Part shown: positions 26,301-35,520 of the stretch, piece by piece | Numbering within the stretch: position 1 is the first letter of the stretch | How the letters are laid out: each line of letters opens with the position of its first letter | Source: a virus | Lineage: Duplodnaviria; Caudoviricetes | Strand: one strand, 5' to 3' | IMG/VR virus record: IMGVR_UViG_3300044568_000721 | Location: 1 to 56,351 of that record | Length of the DNA stretch: 56,351 nt | Position numbers and translations under genes: made by a program | Notes under the pieces: generated by a model | The model's database searches: none | Told to the model about the DNA's origin: nothing | The model's input: the letters and a program-made list of their open reading frames with translations, nothing else

Positions 26301-29300
26301 GGTTCTGGTGCTGGATTAAAAGATATTCCTAGAAACGCATTGACCGAAGATGCTTTAATATCTACCGAAATTAAAAGTGGTAGTGTAACTGCATCTGTTT
26401 CTCCTGATTTTGGATTTAGAGTAATATCAGCTGAAAGTGGTTCGCAATTTACTGGTAGTTTATTTGTAACTGGTGGATATATTAGAGTTGAGACTGGTTC
26501 TTTCTTTAGTGGTAGTGGTGCTGGATTATCTGATATTCCTGAATCTGCATTATCATTTAAAATTAATAGAATTGCAAGTGGTTCGGTAACTGCATCAATT
26601 TCGCCTGATTATGGGCTTAGAGTAAATACATTTTCTACAATTAGTGGAAGTTTTATAGTATCATCTTCTGCAAGAGAATTAGCATATTCTGATATAGATA
26701 CTGTATTTAACGTAACCAATGCTGGAAGTAGTGCATATAATATAAGTAATAGATTAGTAAGTGGTTCAAACCCAACTTTAACTTTAGTTAGAAATGTAAA
26801 TTATACATTTAATGTAAATGCTAGTGGGCATCCATTTTGGATTAAAGATACAAATAGTACAGGTACTGCAAACTCATATGATACTTGGGTAACTAATAAT
26901 GGTGATGATGTTGGTGTTATAACATTTTTAGTTTCAGGAAGTGCACCGAATACACTTTATTATAATTGTCAATTACATGGTTCAATGGCCGGCACTATTA
27001 ATGTAGTAGATGCATTATATGTTCCAGCAGAAATAAAATTAATTGGAGATACAAAAGTAATTGGTGTAGTAACTGCTTCTGTATTTAGTGGTAGTGGTAA
27101 AGGATTATTTGATATTCCTTTCTCAAATATTACTGGTGATGCAGTACGAATAGCAACTGGTAGTATAACAGCATCGGTATCACCACAAAAAGGATTTTTT
27201 GTTGAATCAGTTGAAAGTGGTTCATCTTTTAGTGGAAGTATTTTAATTGATTCATCTTCTTTTATTTATTCAGAAGGTACTTATTTACGAAATATTCCTC
27301 GTTCTGCATTAACTGAAGATGCATTAGCTTCATCTGAAATTAAATCAGGTTCAGTAACAGCATCGGTATCTCCTGTATTTGGATTTATAGTAAAAACACC
27401 ATTTACTTCATCAGTAAGTGAAAGTTTCTTTGTTACACAAATAGCATCTCAATTTACGGGTTCAATATCCGTATCTGGTAGTTTATTTGTAAATGATACA
27501 AGCGGAGGACTATTTATAGATTCATCATCATTTATATTTGCTGATGGAACATATCTTAGAAATATTCCTCGTTCTGCATTAACTGAAGATGCACTATTAT
27601 CATCGTTTATTGTATCTGGTTCAGTAACGGCATCTGTAAGTCCTGATTTTGGATTTAAAGTAATAGCAACTAATATATTTAGTGGTTCTGAGTTTGGTTC
27701 TCAATTTACTGGAAGTGTTGATGTAAGTGGAAGTGTTAGAGCATTTAGATTTATAGGAGATGGTTCTCAAATTACAAATGTACAAGCGGCAGCATCACCT
27801 TTAATAGCAAGTGGTTCTGCAACGGCTTCGGTAGCTAGTGGTGATACTTTTGTAGTTACAACCGGTGCAACTGGTTCTGGCTTAAATTATCAAATTGGTA
27901 CTCGTATAACTGGTAGTGTTGATGTTAGTGGTAGTTTAAAAGCTCAATTTATATTAGGTGATGGTAGATTTATAACAAACGTACAAGCGGCAGCTGCACC
28001 ATTCATTGGTAGTGGTTCTGCAACTGCATCGGTTCAAAGTGGTGATTCCTTTGTAGTAACAACTGGAGCAACTGGTTCGGCCATTGGTTCTAGATTTACG
28101 GGTTCAATTGACGTAAGTGGTAGTGTTAGAGCATTTTCATTCATTGGAGATGGTTCTCAATTAACGAATGTACAAGCATCTGCAGCTCCATTAATAGCAA
28201 GTGGTTCTGCAACGGCATCCGTTCAAAGTGGAATACAATTTGTAGTAACAACGAATGGTGTATTCTCAAGTGTAGGTTCTAATTCTGGTTCTTATTATGG
28301 TTCTATATTCACTGGTTCGGTAAGTATTAGTGGTTCGATATCATCATCTCGTTTTGAAGGTGATGGTGGTGGATTGTTTAATATCCCAGCATCGGCATTA
28401 GAAGATTTACAATTAAGTATAATTCAATCTGGTTCTGGTAGAGCAATTGTAGACCCAGAAAAATTAGATGTAAACGTACCTATAACAGCTGCATTATTTA
28501 TTGGTGATGGTGGTGGATTATTTAACATTCCGGCAAACGCATTACAAGACCTTAAATTAGATAGAGTTATATCTGGTTCGGTTGAAGGTGTGATATCTCC
28601 AAATAAAGGATTTGAAGTAAATACATCTGTAAGAATATTCTCTGGTTCACTAACTGTGAGTGGTTCGGTATTTGTTAGTGGTGGAAATGTAATAGCAGCA
28701 TCTGGTTCTTCATTTATTGGAGATGGTAGTGGATTAAGAAATATCAATATCGCTAATTTAGCATTTGAAACTTCTCTATTACAATCTGGTTCTGTAACTG
28801 CACAAATCTCTCCAAATTTAGGATTAGTTGTAAATACATCAGCATCTATACAAGGTGATTTGAATGTATTGAATAAAATATTAGTAAATAATATTACGGC
28901 AAGTAATGTTATTAAATCTCAATTATTTACCGGTTCATTCTTAGGTACATATAATTTCCAAGGAGTTGGGGCTACGGCTAGTGCAGAATATGATATTTTA
29001 AGATTCAATCCAACACAAGGATATTTCATACCTCAGCCGGAAACATCATTAACTGAAACAGTAGCATTTAATAATGTAAGTAATTTAACTATTGTACACA
29101 ATTTGGGTATAAAATATCCAATGGTTCAGGTGTACGCTACTGGTTCTGAAGACCAAATTTTACCTGGAACAATAAAATCAATTGATGATGATACTATACA
29201 AATTGTATTTAGTGGATTAACATCTGGACATGTTGTAATTGGTAGTGGTGGTTCTTTAATAAATGGAACTATTAATGGAGATAGGGTATTTGGTGAAGTT

Positions 29301-32300
29301 TATTCGGCATCTTATGCTAGGAGAGCAGCTTTAGCAGACGCTGTAACTGGATTTGATTCGGCATCGTTGGTAGCATTATCAGCATCGTTATCAAATGCAA
29401 ACGCTTATGTAAGAAATGACCAAACAGCTTCAATGGCTGTTTTAAATTCTAAATTTGCAGAAACTGCATCATATGTAGCTGATTTAAGTAATCTTAATTT
29501 AACTGATTATGTAAGAAATAGTAGAACATCTTCAATGACTGTTGGTACTGCTTCTTTAGCAATTACCGCATCATATGCATTATTTGCACAAAATGCATCA
29601 AACGTTGATACGGCTAACTTTATACAAAATTTCCAAACCGCATCAATGAGAGTTGGTACGGCTTCATTGGCAATATTTGCATTTACCGCATCATACGCTT
29701 TAAATGCAGCTGGAAGTGATACTTCATCGTTCTTACAAATTAATACTGACCAAACTTTTAGAGCATCTTTAGTAGTTAGTGCTAGTTTGGGTGTGAGTGG
29801 TAGTGTATTTTTTGGAAATTTACCATCTGCATCATATGAGCAAGTAGTAATATGGGATACAGTAACAAAAAAATTAGGATATAGAAATATAGCAGCAGCT
29901 GTGGGTTCATCTGGTACATCAGGAACTTCTGGTATAAGTGGAACGGATGGTACATCAGGAACTTCTGGTACAAGTGGTACAAGCGGTACTTCTGGGACTT
30001 CTGGAACATCTGGAGTAGATGGTACATCAGGAACTTCTGGTACATCAGGAACTTCTGGTACATCAGGAACTTCTGGAACTTCTGGATTAGATGGTACATC
30101 AGGAACTTCTGGTACATCAGGAACATCAGGAACTTCTGGTACATCAGGAACATCAGGAACTTCTGGAACTTCTGGAACTTCTGGAACATCGGGAACTTCT
30201 GGAACATCTGGAACATCGGGAACTTCTGGAACATCTGGGACATCGGGAACTTCTGGAACATCAGGCACAAGCGGAACATCTGGAACATCAGGCACAAGCG
30301 GAACATCAGGAACTTCTGGAACTTCTGGAACATCAGGAACATCAGGAACAAGCGGTACAAATGGAACTGCAGGAAGTGGTGGTTCATCAGGAACTTCTGG
30401 AACATCAGGAACTTCTGGAACATCAGGAACTTCTGGAACATCGGGAACAAGCGGTACAAATGGTTCTGCTGGTACAGCAGGTACTTCTGGTACATCGGGT
30501 ACTTCAGGAACTTCTGGTTCTAATGGTAGTAGTGGTACTTCGGGAACTTCTGGTACATCGGGAACTTCTGGTACATCGGGAACTTCTGGTAGTGGTGGTG
30601 ATAGTGGTAGTAGTGGAACATCTGGTAGTGGTGGTTCTTCTGGTACATCTGGAACAAGTGGTACATCTGGTTCAACTGGTTCAGATGGTACATCAGGAAC
30701 TTCTGGTACATCCGGCTCAGCTGGACAAGATGGTACATCGGGAACTTCTGGTTCATCAGGAACTTCTGGTTCAACTGGTTCGGCTGGAACTTCAGGTACA
30801 TCGGGAACTTCTGGAACTTCTGGAACATCAGGAACTTCTGGTTCGGATGGTACATCAGGTTCATCTGGTACAAGCGGTACATCGGGAACTTCTGGAACAA
30901 GCGGTACATCTGGTACAAGTGGTAGTGACGGTTCATCTGGTACAAGTGGTACTAGTGGTAGTAGTGGTACTTCGGGAACTTCGGGAACTTCTGGTACATC
31001 GGGAACATCGGGCACAAGTGGTAGTGATGGTTCATCTGGTACAAGCGGTACATCAGGAACTTCTGGTACAAGCGGCGTTGGTACTGATGGTACATCTGGT
31101 ACATCAGGAACTTCTGGAGAAAGTGGTTCATCTGGAACTTCAGGCACATCTGGTACAAGTGGCACAAATGGTAGTGCTGGTTCAAGTGGTACAAGTGGTG
31201 TTGGTACTGATGGTACATCAGGAACTTCAGGAACTTCTGGAGAAAGTGGTTCATCAGGAACTTCTGGAGCAAGTGGTACATCGGGAACTTCAGGTACAAA
31301 TGGTTCAGCTGGTACATCCGGTACAAATGGTTCAGATGGAACTTCTGGAACATCAGGAACTTCTGGTAGTGATGGAACAAGCGGTACAAGCGGCACAAGT
31401 GGTAGTGATGGAACTTCTGGAACATCTGGAAGTGGTGGTACAAGTGGTACATCAGGAACATCTGGATTAGATGGAACTTTCTTTGGTAGTAGTGGTACTT
31501 CTGGTACAAGCGGTACAAGTGGCACATCAGGAACTTCAGGAACTTCTGGAGAAAATGGTTCATCAGGAACTTCTGGTTTAAACGGAACATTCTTTGGTAG
31601 TAGTGGTACAAGCGGCGTAAGTGGTTCTGATGGTACATCGGGAACATCAGGAACTTCTGGAGAAAATGGCTCATCGGGAACTTCTGGAGAAAATGGTTCT
31701 TCTGGAACTTCTGGATTAAATGGTACATTCTTTGGTAGTAGCGGTACTTCTGGAACATCGGGAGAAAGTGGAAGTAGTGGAACGAGTGGAATAAATGGTA
31801 CGGATGGTACTAGCGGAACTTCAGGAACTTCTGGATTAAACGGAACTTTCTTTGGTTCTTCAGGAACTTCTGGTATAAATGGTACTGATGGTACGTCTGG
31901 TACAAGTGGTACAAGTGGTACATCGGGAATAAATGGTACTGATGGTACTTCAGGAACTTCTGGATTGAATGGTACAATGTTTGGAAGTAGTGGTACTTCT
32001 GGAATAAGTGGTACTTCAGGTACTTCTGGAGAAAGTGGTTCTTCTGGAACTTCTGGAACTTCAGGAACTTCTGGTTTAAATGGTACAATGTTTGGAAGTA
32101 GTGGAACATCTGGTTTTGATGGTACTTCTGGTACAAGCGGAGCTGGTACATCTGGAACTTCTGGAGAAAGTGGTTCATCGGGAACTTCTGGTTTAAATGG
32201 TACAATGTTTGGAAGTAGTGGTACTTCTGGAGAAAGTGGTTCATCGGGAACTTCTGGTTTAAATGGCACGGATGGTTCATCAGGAACTTCTGGTACATCG

Positions 32301-33470
32301 GGAACATCAGGAACTTCTGGATTAAATGGAACTTTCTTTGGAAGTAGTGGTACAAGTGGTACTTCAGGAGTAAGTGGAAGTAGTGGTACTTCTGGAACTT
32401 CTGGAACTTCTGGTTCGGCTGGAACTTCTGGTTTAAATGGTACAATGTTTGGAAGTAGTGGTACTTCTGGAACATCGGGTACTTCCGGAGTAAGTGGTAC
32501 ATCGGGCACATCTGGTATTTCTGGGACAGCAGGAACTTCTGGATTGAATGGTACTATGTTTGGTAGTAGTGGTACAAGCGGCACATCAGGAACTTCTGGA
32601 GTATCTGGTTCTGCTGGTACATCGGGAACTTCAGGTACATCAGGAACTTCTGGATTAAATGGTACAATGTTCGGTTCATCAGGAACTTCTGGAATAAGTG
32701 GTACGGCTGGAACATCGGGAACGTCTGGATTAGGAACTTCTGGAACTTCTGGTACATCAGGAACTTCTGGTGTTAATGGTACATTCTTTGGTAGCAGTGG
32801 TACGAGTGGTATTAATGGTGAAACTGGCGCTTCCGGTTCTTCTGGTACATCAGGTACAAACGCTCCGGGATTTTCATCTGGTACTTCTGGTAGTGGTGGT
32901 GCAAATGGTACTTCTGGATTAAATGGTACATTCTTTGGTTCATCTGGGACTAGTGGTGCAAATGGTACATCGGGTACTAATTCACCGGCATTTTCATCTG
33001 GAACTTCTGGTACAAATGGATTTTCTTTGGTTGGAACAACCAATGATGGATTATTAACTTACACAAATGCACCCGTTGGTGCAACTGTTGAAAGTAATAT
33101 AACATTTGATGGTACGAATTTAGCAGTAGTAGGTAACGTAATATCAACAACATATAGAGAAACATTTAATGATTTAGGAACTGGTGGAAGTGCAACATTG
33201 GATTTATCAACAGCAAACAACTTTAGAAGACAATTTAACGGAACTGCAACAATAACAATAACAAACGCACCTAATTCTCCAATTGGATTTGGATTTACAT
33301 TAGTAACCGTAAATGCCGGAGCATATGCAATTACTTGGCCTGCTAGTGTTGATTGGGTTGGTGGAAGTGCGCCAATACTTACTTCTTCTGGAACTGATGT
33401 TTTAGTATTCTACACTTATAATGGTGGAACATCTTACTATGGATTTGTAACAGGTAAAAACTTAAGTTAA
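23361..33470 (+). CDS. Giant fibre protein: about 22 SGSxTAS shaft repeats, two cupredoxin domains, ~1040-aa GTS tract, C-terminal tip domain
   Basis: 3369 aa; IASGSVTASVSPDFGF...SGSQFTGS...GSGxxLFDIP repeats; two H...CxxHxxM sites; ends ITWPASVDWVGGSAPILT...DVLVFYT. Confidence 0.8.
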   Translation: MAISNLLTGRVRVVSPKNVTSDRYQFLDLSQAEPNLGVPSFSASLLTNPAIVVSDSEGNRGFARTISLDQISGSFSGSFQGDGSNLTNLPAAIRIASGSATASFIGGNLVVNTNTTVQGNLIVRDSIFAEQLVVSYISSSVIYSSGSNKFGDDILDIQQITGSLNISGSVIITGSLKAQEITGSVSGAFTGDGAGLFNIPRSAFSGDSFRIASGSVTASVDPTYGFKVESALSGSEFTGSVDISGSISASLFIGDGRGLFNLPALTATLIASGSATASIAPNTGLVVNTFSTFQFPVSASMFSGSGKGLFDIPQSALAEDATLIASGSVTASVSPNFGFRVESATVGSQITGSMFVTGNIQLGVGGVYSGSGARLFDIPRSALTPDALVATLIASGSVTASTSPDFGFKVISAQSGSSFTGSLFVSGGIEINSGSSYSGSGARLFDIPVRALRDLDLSKISSGSATASISPDKGLVVNTFSTFSGSMLISASKQYFPSESIQTVFNVTNNDNLNYNFTGAAIGSNPTLTLVRGITYIFNLNVSGHPFQIKTINTTGTNDLYNTGVTNNGGQVGTLIFAVPSNAPDRLYYICQFHASMAGTINIVDGLLQKGDGVTITGSLDVSDIIRAREFTGSFSGSFFQGDGGGLFNIPRAAFTGDSPRIASGSVTASVSPDDGFLVKSVESGSTFSGSVDISGSLIIFGNLIGQEISGSSFSGSFQGDGSRLTNINVPPQVATKIVSGSVTASVSPDSGFVVVSSDKGSQFTGSIFLSGSIFGNSSIEISSGSFSGSGARLFDIPRAALTPDALLSTEIKSGSVTASVSPEFGFKVLSAESGSQFTGSLFVSGNISLASGSSYSGSGKNLFDIPLSALANLDLSKIFSGSATASISPDRGFEVFASVSNFSGSVSASVFSGSGKGLTDIPFSALSEELKRIASGSVTASVSPDDGFRVISAESGSQFTGSLFVTGGYIRVETGSFFSGSGAGLKDIPRNALTEDALISTEIKSGSVTASVSPDFGFRVISAESGSQFTGSLFVTGGYIRVETGSFFSGSGAGLSDIPESALSFKINRIASGSVTASISPDYGLRVNTFSTISGSFIVSSSARELAYSDIDTVFNVTNAGSSAYNISNRLVSGSNPTLTLVRNVNYTFNVNASGHPFWIKDTNSTGTANSYDTWVTNNGDDVGVITFLVSGSAPNTLYYNCQLHGSMAGTINVVDALYVPAEIKLIGDTKVIGVVTASVFSGSGKGLFDIPFSNITGDAVRIATGSITASVSPQKGFFVESVESGSSFSGSILIDSSSFIYSEGTYLRNIPRSALTEDALASSEIKSGSVTASVSPVFGFIVKTPFTSSVSESFFVTQIASQFTGSISVSGSLFVNDTSGGLFIDSSSFIFADGTYLRNIPRSALTEDALLSSFIVSGSVTASVSPDFGFKVIATNIFSGSEFGSQFTGSVDVSGSVRAFRFIGDGSQITNVQAAASPLIASGSATASVASGDTFVVTTGATGSGLNYQIGTRITGSVDVSGSLKAQFILGDGRFITNVQAAAAPFIGSGSATASVQSGDSFVVTTGATGSAIGSRFTGSIDVSGSVRAFSFIGDGSQLTNVQASAAPLIASGSATASVQSGIQFVVTTNGVFSSVGSNSGSYYGSIFTGSVSISGSISSSRFEGDGGGLFNIPASALEDLQLSIIQSGSGRAIVDPEKLDVNVPITAALFIGDGGGLFNIPANALQDLKLDRVISGSVEGVISPNKGFEVNTSVRIFSGSLTVSGSVFVSGGNVIAASGSSFIGDGSGLRNINIANLAFETSLLQSGSVTAQISPNLGLVVNTSASIQGDLNVLNKILVNNITASNVIKSQLFTGSFLGTYNFQGVGATASAEYDILRFNPTQGYFIPQPETSLTETVAFNNVSNLTIVHNLGIKYPMVQVYATGSEDQILPGTIKSIDDDTIQIVFSGLTSGHVVIGSGGSLINGTINGDRVFGEVYSASYARRAALADAVTGFDSASLVALSASLSNANAYVRNDQTASMAVLNSKFAETASYVADLSNLNLTDYVRNSRTSSMTVGTASLAITASYALFAQNASNVDTANFIQNFQTASMRVGTASLAIFAFTASYALNAAGSDTSSFLQINTDQTFRASLVVSASLGVSGSVFFGNLPSASYEQVVIWDTVTKKLGYRNIAAAVGSSGTSGTSGISGTDGTSGTSGTSGTSGTSGTSGTSGVDGTSGTSGTSGTSGTSGTSGTSGLDGTSGTSGTSGTSGTSGTSGTSGTSGTSGTSGTSGTSGTSGTSGTSGTSGTSGTSGTSGTSGTSGTSGTSGTSGTSGTSGTSGTSGTSGTNGTAGSGGSSGTSGTSGTSGTSGTSGTSGTSGTNGSAGTAGTSGTSGTSGTSGSNGSSGTSGTSGTSGTSGTSGTSGSGGDSGSSGTSGSGGSSGTSGTSGTSGSTGSDGTSGTSGTSGSAGQDGTSGTSGSSGTSGSTGSAGTSGTSGTSGTSGTSGTSGSDGTSGSSGTSGTSGTSGTSGTSGTSGSDGSSGTSGTSGSSGTSGTSGTSGTSGTSGTSGSDGSSGTSGTSGTSGTSGVGTDGTSGTSGTSGESGSSGTSGTSGTSGTNGSAGSSGTSGVGTDGTSGTSGTSGESGSSGTSGASGTSGTSGTNGSAGTSGTNGSDGTSGTSGTSGSDGTSGTSGTSGSDGTSGTSGSGGTSGTSGTSGLDGTFFGSSGTSGTSGTSGTSGTSGTSGENGSSGTSGLNGTFFGSSGTSGVSGSDGTSGTSGTSGENGSSGTSGENGSSGTSGLNGTFFGSSGTSGTSGESGSSGTSGINGTDGTSGTSGTSGLNGTFFGSSGTSGINGTDGTSGTSGTSGTSGINGTDGTSGTSGLNGTMFGSSGTSGISGTSGTSGESGSSGTSGTSGTSGLNGTMFGSSGTSGFDGTSGTSGAGTSGTSGESGSSGTSGLNGTMFGSSGTSGESGSSGTSGLNGTDGSSGTSGTSGTSGTSGLNGTFFGSSGTSGTSGVSGSSGTSGTSGTSGSAGTSGLNGTMFGSSGTSGTSGTSGVSGTSGTSGISGTAGTSGLNGTMFGSSGTSGTSGTSGVSGSAGTSGTSGTSGTSGLNGTMFGSSGTSGISGTAGTSGTSGLGTSGTSGTSGTSGVNGTFFGSSGTSGINGETGASGSSGTSGTNAPGFSSGTSGSGGANGTSGLNGTFFGSSGTSGANGTSGTNSPAFSSGTSGTNGFSLVGTTNDGLLTYTNAPVGATVESNITFDGTNLAVVGNVISTTYRETFNDLGTGGSATLDLSTANNFRRQFNGTATITITNAPNSPIGFGFTLVTVNAGAYAITWPASVDWVGGSAPILTSSGTDVLVFYTYNGGTSYYGFVTGKNLS
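29904..33020 (+). repeat. Gly-Thr-Ser triplet tract, about 1040 aa, with 13 G-T-(F/M)-F-G interruptions in its distal half
   Basis: Direct translation; synonymous codons are varied along the tract. Confidence 0.95.
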
Positions 33471-33481
33471 TAATTATAGTT

Positions 33482-34384
33482 ATGGGAATATTTAGAAGAC
33501 TAGTAGAATCAGAAACATCGGCAGTTTTTCCGTTTGTATTTAGAATAACAACGACTACGGCTAATACTGTATTTACAACTCCTTTAGTAGATTATGGTGG
33601 TTTAACTCCTAATTTAACGATTAGCTGGGGAGATTCTACATCATCACCACTAATAACATCATCAAATTCAGTAGATAGAATACATACCTTTGTAACAGCC
33701 GGAACTTATACAATTACTATAAATGGATTTATGCCAGGTTTTCGTGTCGATAATAATGCTGGTATTAGAACTCTTGTTACGGAATTAGTACAATGGGGAA
33801 TTGTTGGATTAAGAACTATAAATTTTTATGGATGTACTAATTTGACAGCAATACCTGGAAGTGCTTCATTGAGTGGTGTGGGTGGGTATACTGGTTTAGC
33901 AGAGGTAGTTTCTTTTGCCTCTTTTATGAGAGGTACTAGAATAACAGCAATTCCTGAGGATGTATTTGATTATTCACCAAACGCAACAACATTTACGGAT
34001 AGTTTTTCTGGTATAACAACTATAACAACCGTACCAACTGGATTATTTGATAATGTAACTTTAGCAACAACATTTGCATCTTGCTTTTTTGCTTGTACTG
34101 GATTAACATCAGTACCTTCTACATTATTTGATACTAATACTTTAGTAGTAAACTTTTCATCAACTTTTAGAAATTGTAGAGCATTAACAAATGTATTACA
34201 ATTTACATTTAATACAAACGTAACTATTTTTAATAATATTTATAATATGAGTTCAACTGTAAATTCATTAACGGGAACTGCACCTGAATTGTGGTTAAGA
34301 ACTCCAACTCCATCTGGAACTGATGCATTCAACAATTGTACTGGTTTATCAAATTTTGCATCAATACCTGTAAACTTTAAATAA
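33482..34384 (+). CDS. BspA/DUF285-like leucine-rich-repeat protein with a PKD-like N-terminus; probable fibre-tip adhesin
   Basis: 300 aa; ISWGD...HTFVTAGTYTITI, then ~24-aa F..C..LT.VP..LFD repeats. Confidence 0.7.
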   Translation: MGIFRRLVESETSAVFPFVFRITTTTANTVFTTPLVDYGGLTPNLTISWGDSTSSPLITSSNSVDRIHTFVTAGTYTITINGFMPGFRVDNNAGIRTLVTELVQWGIVGLRTINFYGCTNLTAIPGSASLSGVGGYTGLAEVVSFASFMRGTRITAIPEDVFDYSPNATTFTDSFSGITTITTVPTGLFDNVTLATTFASCFFACTGLTSVPSTLFDTNTLVVNFSSTFRNCRALTNVLQFTFNTNVTIFNNIYNMSSTVNSLTGTAPELWLRTPTPSGTDAFNNCTGLSNFASIPVNFK

Positions 34385-34385
34385 T

Positions 34386-34829
34386 ATGTATTTACGAATT
34401 ATAGATGAAACAATAAACTATCCTTATAGTATTCCTCAATTAAGAGCAGCATTTCCAAATGTAAGCTTACCTAGCGAATTAACTGATACATCATTGATAG
34501 AGTGGGATATGTATGTAGTTACTCCAACTCCAATGCCAACCGATTACACAAAAAATATCACCGAAGGAACGCCTGTTTTAACTGATGGTGTATATTATCA
34601 AAATTGGATTCAAACCAATGCATCTCAAACTGAAATAGATTATAGATTAGAAAATCAATGGTTTATTGTTAGAGAAACTCGAAATGAATTATTGGTAGAG
34701 TGTGATTGGACACAATTAGCAGATGTATCAGCTGAAACAAAAGCAATTTGGTCTGAATACAGACAATCTTTAAGAGATATTACATCTCAACCCAATCCAT
34801 TTAGTATAACTTGGCCTGTGAAACCTTAA
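34386..34829 (+). CDS. Tail fibre assembly chaperone
   Basis: 147 aa; C-terminal W..VR..RNELL.ECDWTQL.D...W..YRQ.LRDIT.Q..P..I.WP.KP. Confidence 0.8.
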   Translation: MYLRIIDETINYPYSIPQLRAAFPNVSLPSELTDTSLIEWDMYVVTPTPMPTDYTKNITEGTPVLTDGVYYQNWIQTNASQTEIDYRLENQWFIVRETRNELLVECDWTQLADVSAETKAIWSEYRQSLRDITSQPNPFSITWPVKP

Positions 34830-34838
34830 AAGGAAAAT

Positions 34839-34852
34839 TATTTATATTTATA
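34839..34852 (+). promoter_or_regulatory. Overlapping TATTTATA motifs
   Basis: TATTTATATTTATA, 28 nt before ATG 34881. Confidence 0.55.
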
Positions 34853-34880
34853 CACATAACACAAAAGTATATAGATATAG

Positions 34881-35159
34881 ATGGTAATACATAGTCCAAT
34901 ATTTTCAGGTTCAATTATTCAAGCTTCAAATGCATACGCAAATTTAAGCGGTTCATTTACTGGTTCATTTACTGGTTCATTTAAAGGAACTATTGATGTA
35001 TCTCAAGCATCTTTTGATTTTCTTAATATAAATCAAAGATTATCTGTTACTGGTTCTCAAATAATTACTGGTTCTATTAGATTAACACAAGGTGGTTATT
35101 TAGTAGATGGTGTGGACGTATTAGATTCGGCAATAGCCTTTGCAATAGCATTAGGATAA
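34881..35159 (+). CDS. Small virion protein ending in AIAFAIALG (fibre anchor-like)
   Basis: 92 aa; SGSFTGSFTGSF; hydrophobic C-terminal helix. Confidence 0.6.
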   Translation: MVIHSPIFSGSIIQASNAYANLSGSFTGSFTGSFKGTIDVSQASFDFLNINQRLSVTGSQIITGSIRLTQGGYLVDGVDVLDSAIAFAIALG

Positions 35160-35171
35160 AAATAAAACAAA

Positions 35172-35504
35172 ATGGCAAATACATTTAAAAATAGTATAAC
35201 AAGTTCAATCGGAATAACAGGCGTAAAAGTATATGAAGCTCCGGCAGGAACAGCAGCAACTGTAATTGGTGTCAATGTAGCAAATACATCAACTCAAAAT
35301 ATTTCTGTAAGTGTAATGCTTAGAGATAATGGTGGAAACAAATGCGTATTTTTGGTAAAGAATGCTTTAATTGTACAAGGTAGTTCAAATGTTATGGTAG
35401 GTGGAGACCAAAAAGTTGTATTAGAAGCAACAGACTTTATTTCAGTTACATCATCGTTAGCAGCTTCGGCAGATGTAATTGTTTCAGTATTAGAATTGAC
35501 ATAA
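35172..35504 (+). CDS. Small connector-type virion protein
   Basis: 110 aa; MANTFKN...VYEAPAG...KVVLEATD...VIVSVLE; beta-strand pattern. Confidence 0.6.
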   Translation: MANTFKNSITSSIGITGVKVYEAPAGTAATVIGVNVANTSTQNISVSVMLRDNGGNKCVFLVKNALIVQGSSNVMVGGDQKVVLEATDFISVTSSLAASADVIVSVLELT

Positions 35505-35520
35505 TAAAAAGATATATTAA

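Noticed and set aside
29904-33020. Possible CRISPR array or satellite DNA
   Set aside because: The repeats are degenerate at synonymous positions, stay in frame and have no unique spacers, so they are protein-coding.
29507-33043. 1178-aa minus-strand ORF of VPE/VPD/VPL repeats (also 663-1217 and 36234-37613)
   Set aside because: Shadow ORFs: the reverse complement of Gly-Thr-Ser codons lacks stops. They have no independent start signals and are fully overlapped by + strand genes.
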